From a virus (taxonomy: Duplodnaviria; Heunggongvirae; Uroviricota; Caudoviricetes): a stretch of 64,000 nt of DNA. The translations under genes were made by a program, and so were the position numbers. The stretch spans positions 61,580 through 125,579 of IMG/VR virus record IMGVR_UViG_3300013426_000013, one strand, 5' to 3'. The stretch's first letter is position 1. Every line of letters starts with the position of its first letter. Positions 62,611-64,000 of this stretch are shown in pieces. Below the pieces are notes generated by a model, which was not told the origin of the DNA, made no database searches, and worked only from the letters and a program-made list of their open reading frames with translations.

Positions 62611-63909
62611 ATGGTGTCATATACAGTTAAACAAACAGTTGTTGAAAATTTAAATGCAGATCTTGATGGAAAACAACCAGCGGGCGATTATCCTACAAAT
62701 GCTTCTTTAACAGAATCTCTACAATCAAATCTGTTGAATTACACAACGAACCGAATTCTTGAAATTCCACAGGATATAAAGCTTGAGTTAAATAACGGCA
62801 CATTGACATTAAAAGCTGGCAGCAAGGTTTATATTCCAAACGGATTTGAATCTGATGGAACAACACCCAAATTTGATGTGTTTATTGTTAGCAAAGACGT
62901 ATTGCTATCAGCTTCACTGGTAAGCAACTATTATACTTCCGGCTATGGTTGGTGTTTCAATAAAAATTTGAACAAAATACAAGGTGGAAATTTTATAGGA
63001 AATCAATTTCAAAGTGGCACTTTTGTGCAAACGGTATGCTGTATGTTTTACGACACCGCTGCAAATATTATAAGATATACCGCTGATACAGGTGCCACTT
63101 GGGAAGAAGGTTATTCTTTACCATTTGCTGTTACTCAACTGGTACACGGAACCGGTATAACATCCATTGACCAAGTCTTTAATGGTTTTGGGTATATCGG
63201 TTCAACAGAATTTGCATTACCAGGTGTTAAATATCAGTTTGCTGTTGGTACAGACAATAACGGTTTATTTAGTTCTGTTGTAAAAACTTCAAACACAGTA
63301 ACAATCAGAAATAACTTAACAACGGAAACAGGTGAAGCTGTTTGTTTTTTGACCGAAGATTTTCAACCATATGCGGTTTGGCAAAATAACTATCACACTT
63401 CAGCAACACAACCAGATGACCAAACTGGAGCTGTTTGGTTTAACGGCAACGTTTTTTATCAAAATATTGGTACAAATGATTCGCCTAATTGGAAACAAAA
63501 GAATTTAATTCCTTGTTTTAACTATTCTGTGAATCAAGGAACAGTAACACAATTTAAAGGCTATGAAGTTAGCAAATTTAACTCATATCAAGACTTTGAG
63601 CTTGCTGAAAAACCATTACCTTCAAACAACTTTATTAATTTGACATTAGGTGCATCTGGAACAATCTATACAGCGCCAGCAAACGGTTGGATAAATATGA
63701 GCGTTAATTTAGCTGTTAATAATTATATGGCGTTTTTTAATAAAAACTCTGCCAACGTATCAGAGCTAATTAATATGCAATCAGCTGGCATTAATCAAAA
63801 TTATACAATTGGTTTTCCAATTAGAGCTGGCCAAAAGTTTCGTGTCCAGTACGATGCTTACAACAATTTAAATAGCTTTAGATTTTATTTTGCTCAAGGA
63901 GAATTGTAA
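62611..63909 (+). CDS. tail-fibre-like structural protein, paralog C
   Basis: 432 aa with LNYTTNRILEIPQDIKLELNNGTLTLKAGSKVYIPNGFESDGTTPKFDVFIVSKD, nearly identical to the N-terminal block of paralog A. Confidence 0.6.
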   Translation: MVSYTVKQTVVENLNADLDGKQPAGDYPTNASLTESLQSNLLNYTTNRILEIPQDIKLELNNGTLTLKAGSKVYIPNGFESDGTTPKFDVFIVSKDVLLSASLVSNYYTSGYGWCFNKNLNKIQGGNFIGNQFQSGTFVQTVCCMFYDTAANIIRYTADTGATWEEGYSLPFAVTQLVHGTGITSIDQVFNGFGYIGSTEFALPGVKYQFAVGTDNNGLFSSVVKTSNTVTIRNNLTTETGEAVCFLTEDFQPYAVWQNNYHTSATQPDDQTGAVWFNGNVFYQNIGTNDSPNWKQKNLIPCFNYSVNQGTVTQFKGYEVSKFNSYQDFELAEKPLPSNNFINLTLGASGTIYTAPANGWINMSVNLAVNNYMAFFNKNSANVSELINMQSAGINQNYTIGFPIRAGQKFRVQYDAYNNLNSFRFYFAQGEL

Positions 63910-63980
63910 AATTTCTATTAAATGTCTAAAAATTTTACAGTTTATCTACTGTGTCTGCAGTTTTAATATTCACCATTAAA

Positions 63981-63990
63981 GTCGTACGAC
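63981..63990. promoter_or_regulatory. GTCGTACGAC element, copy 9
   Basis: CATTAAAGTCGTACGACAAATTTTTAA at the window edge, presumably ahead of the next structural gene. Confidence 0.4.
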
Positions 63991-64000
63991 AAATTTTTAA

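Overview
This AT-rich (~33% GC) window reads as a gene-dense segment of a large lytic dsDNA phage; strong GGAGG-type ribosome-binding sites and many TTGACA-N17-TAnnnT promoters suggest a Firmicutes-like host. The left part (1-12.8 kb, 20.6-38.3 kb) is mostly short same-strand early-type genes behind sigma70-like promoters. From ~45.5 kb to the end it is structural/tail-fibre-like modules, several preceded by a conserved GTCGTACGA palindromic element. Features that stand out: (i) about 19 small paralogous proteins ending in an invariantly positioned C-terminal motif (hydrophobic-G-x-x-hydrophobic-L-x-x-hydrophobic-COOH, typically D-I-G-E-x-V-L-E-x-I); (ii) a trifunctional Pnkp-like RNA-repair enzyme (P-loop kinase, calcineurin-like phosphatase, KxNG ligase) near an 11-tRNA array that also carries a Dam methyltransferase, ORF-free structured spacers and an odd type-II tRNA with a UAU anticodon; (iii) a cluster of four tandem divergent radical-SAM paralogs (CX3CX2C plus a C-terminal CGHS..C..C cluster) next to three cysteine-desulfurase-like paralogs whose PLP-binding lysine is replaced by Ala/Ser, and a truncated TnpB-like protein lacking the zinc finger and RuvC-III (TldR-like); (iv) a QueC/TtcA-like PP-loop ATPase with a DEDDh exonuclease, a Cys-based (CX5R) phosphatase, an HD hydrolase, an M16 peptidase, several HExxH proteins, ankyrin-repeat proteins and an SPFH/band-7 protein; (v) duplicated glycine-rich and tail-fibre paralog families, two pseudogenes, and higher-GC islands consistent with horizontal acquisition. 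All calls rest on motifs read by eye; nothing was searched against a database.
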